From contig NMRA01000266.1 of NCBI GenBank assembly GCA_002633005.1, positions 198,544 to 262,543 of the forward strand: DNA of 64,000 nucleotides. The letters run 5' to 3'. Of this stretch, positions 62,085 through 64,000 are shown piece after piece (positions within the stretch are counted from its first letter, which is position 1; every line of letters begins with the position of its first letter). Position numbers and translations under genes: made by a program. The DNA comes from Phoronis australis (taxonomy: Eukaryota; Animalia; Phoronida). The notes under the pieces were generated by a model. The model saw only the letters and a list, made by a program, of their open reading frames with translations. It did no database searches and was not told the origin of the DNA.

Positions 62085-63251
62085 TTCATAGCTTAACAAT
62101 TGCTCGACAACAAATCTTTTTGTATGTTGATGTAGCCTATAGACTTTTAGGAGCTTCCTCTTTTGTTGTCAAAGTAAATTCTCAGTCAAACTGAGAACGT
62201 CGATAACTGGTGATAATCGAAGGATGAATATTTAAACAAACGTTGCATTGCCGTGTTGCTTTTCTTCGACATGAACAGTGTCTCATGGGAAATTACCGTC
62301 AAAGTCGTGTCGCTCTGACGACGTCATAGGAAAACATGAAGCCGATCAAAGCAGAATGATCAGTCAAAGTTATGCGAAATTGCATTCGCCAAAAATTAAA
62401 AGGGAGCTTGCATGAAATAGTGAGAGTTATCAAAAAATTCGGTTTTATACGAGAAAATAAGATAATAGTTTTACTACCAGCTAATGGTGTTTTCATAGTT
62501 GCAAATATTCCCTGTACGATTTTTCATGGCATGAACGTTTGGAAAAACGACGCAGTTGACTTGAATTCAGAAAACAAAAATTGAACCTTTCGGGTTGTTC
62601 TATGCATGGCTAAGCAATAATTGATGTTTCACAAATCAGAAAACGTGACTTTCTACCCGATTCTATTATGAAAAAATTGAAAGCCAGGGATGACCAGTTT
62701 GCTTGTGTTCAATATAATTATTTTGGTCGCTCTCTTGAAACAATGAAATTGGAAGGAACGAAGATCGCTTGTTAATTTTGTATTGAAATTGTCGTAGTTT
62801 TAAAAATGGCTACAATTTTGTGGGATTGTAAAAGCGAAAATGCACAGCTAACTCTTTGCAGGTGTGCGTCCAGATTTCTCTCTGATGAATTGATCAGCTC
62901 TTCCCATCTGTACCACGGTTCTGTGGTCCATATACAACCGTTGTGTCTGTTATAGCTACTTTACTACAATGACATTACTTAATAAATAGCCTCATATCAT
63001 ACCACTTCATATTTTTGCCATACTGGTTCGTGTACCTTAGAGAATGAGGGGTGCACCTCGGAACATATCAAGAATATGAAGTGTATACTATTTGGTTAGT
63101 TATTAAATGTTTGAATATGCTGCTCCTGAACAGGTTTTTTGGAAATCACGTTACCTCGGTTAAACTGAAGATAAAATAACTTTTAAAACAGATGCATATG
63201 ACGTATTTTACTAAACAAATGGTTCTGATAGGTGACAATACAAAGACCACT

Positions 63252-63527
63252 CATGGGCGCATTCAGCCTAAAATTGGGGGAGCCCGAATTTTTTTTGAAA
63301 ATGTGGAAATTTTACTATGATTCAGGGATTACGTTCACAGCTACATGTATGAAGTGTGCATACGCCGAATTTTGGTAGTTTTTGCCTTTTTCGTGGAATT
63401 TTCTCTCGTTTTTTTTTTACATTCATCGGAGTTTTTGTTTCTCTGAGGCGGACCTTTTTGCTCACTTCGCCAAATGAAGGTGGGGTCGCTCAAGCCTCAT
63501 GAGACCCCCCATGGGTGAGACCGCCAT
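63252..63527. mobile_element. Dispersed repeat family 2 copy
   Basis: Similar to 24443-24940. Confidence 0.65.
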
Positions 63528-64000
63528 GCTACTAATGGAAATGTAACGGTAACCGTACTAATAACACTGAAAACGGGGGACTTGAGTCATAATTAGCGTA
63601 CGTATGTGGAAGGATACATATTTAGTAAGTTTGATAGATTTTCCAAGACTTTGAGTTCAAAGATTAGAAGCTGAAATTGAGTCAATACAAGGAATGGCAT
63701 AGAGGCAAATTAAAAATACAGAGCTAGTATAAGACAATGTAATGTAACTAAGGGACATGACATAAACTTTGCATATTCTAAAGTATCCATACTATCCGTG
63801 TATCGCATACTAGAAAAGGGATATCTGGGCCCGGAGTATAATCATTTTATTCGAAGTCGTACTTGAATTCATTTGCCACATTTTAGTTCTATTTGTGCGC
63901 GAACTCAAGATACGTGTAGATTATTGCGTTCTAGAGTGCGTTATGGTTTACGTGAATGACTGTCTATTCCTAATTTGCATTTGATGATCCCAACATCAAA

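Overview
Eukaryotic genomic DNA from a draft scaffold: AT-rich, with GT-AG introns, N gaps and abundant transposons. It is most consistent with a marine invertebrate; the taxon is an inference. All host genes I can support are on the minus strand: (1) a 10-exon, 603-aa 4-coumarate-CoA-ligase/firefly-luciferase-like acyl-CoA synthetase (50984-40170) with an apparent mitochondrial presequence and no PTS1; (2) a TRPV-like ankyrin/6TM channel encoded almost wholly by one exon (58319-56299); (3) an orphan ~370-aa charged/coiled-coil protein (34485-33373); (4) a tandem pair of paralogous, unrecognised Cys-rich genes. Copy A (10149-3912) can be built by hand with a signal peptide. Copy B (24078-13736) is interrupted by a decayed Gypsy element. 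Mobile DNA includes Gypsy, Penelope-like (including a head-to-head GIY-YIG dimer flanked by a 12-bp direct repeat), CR1/L2-type LINE and Tc1 remnants, plus several MITE families. Three tandem duplications joined at 1-2 N bases look like uncollapsed haplotypes. No rRNA, intact tRNA or CRISPR array was seen. All gene models were spliced by eye and not checked against databases.
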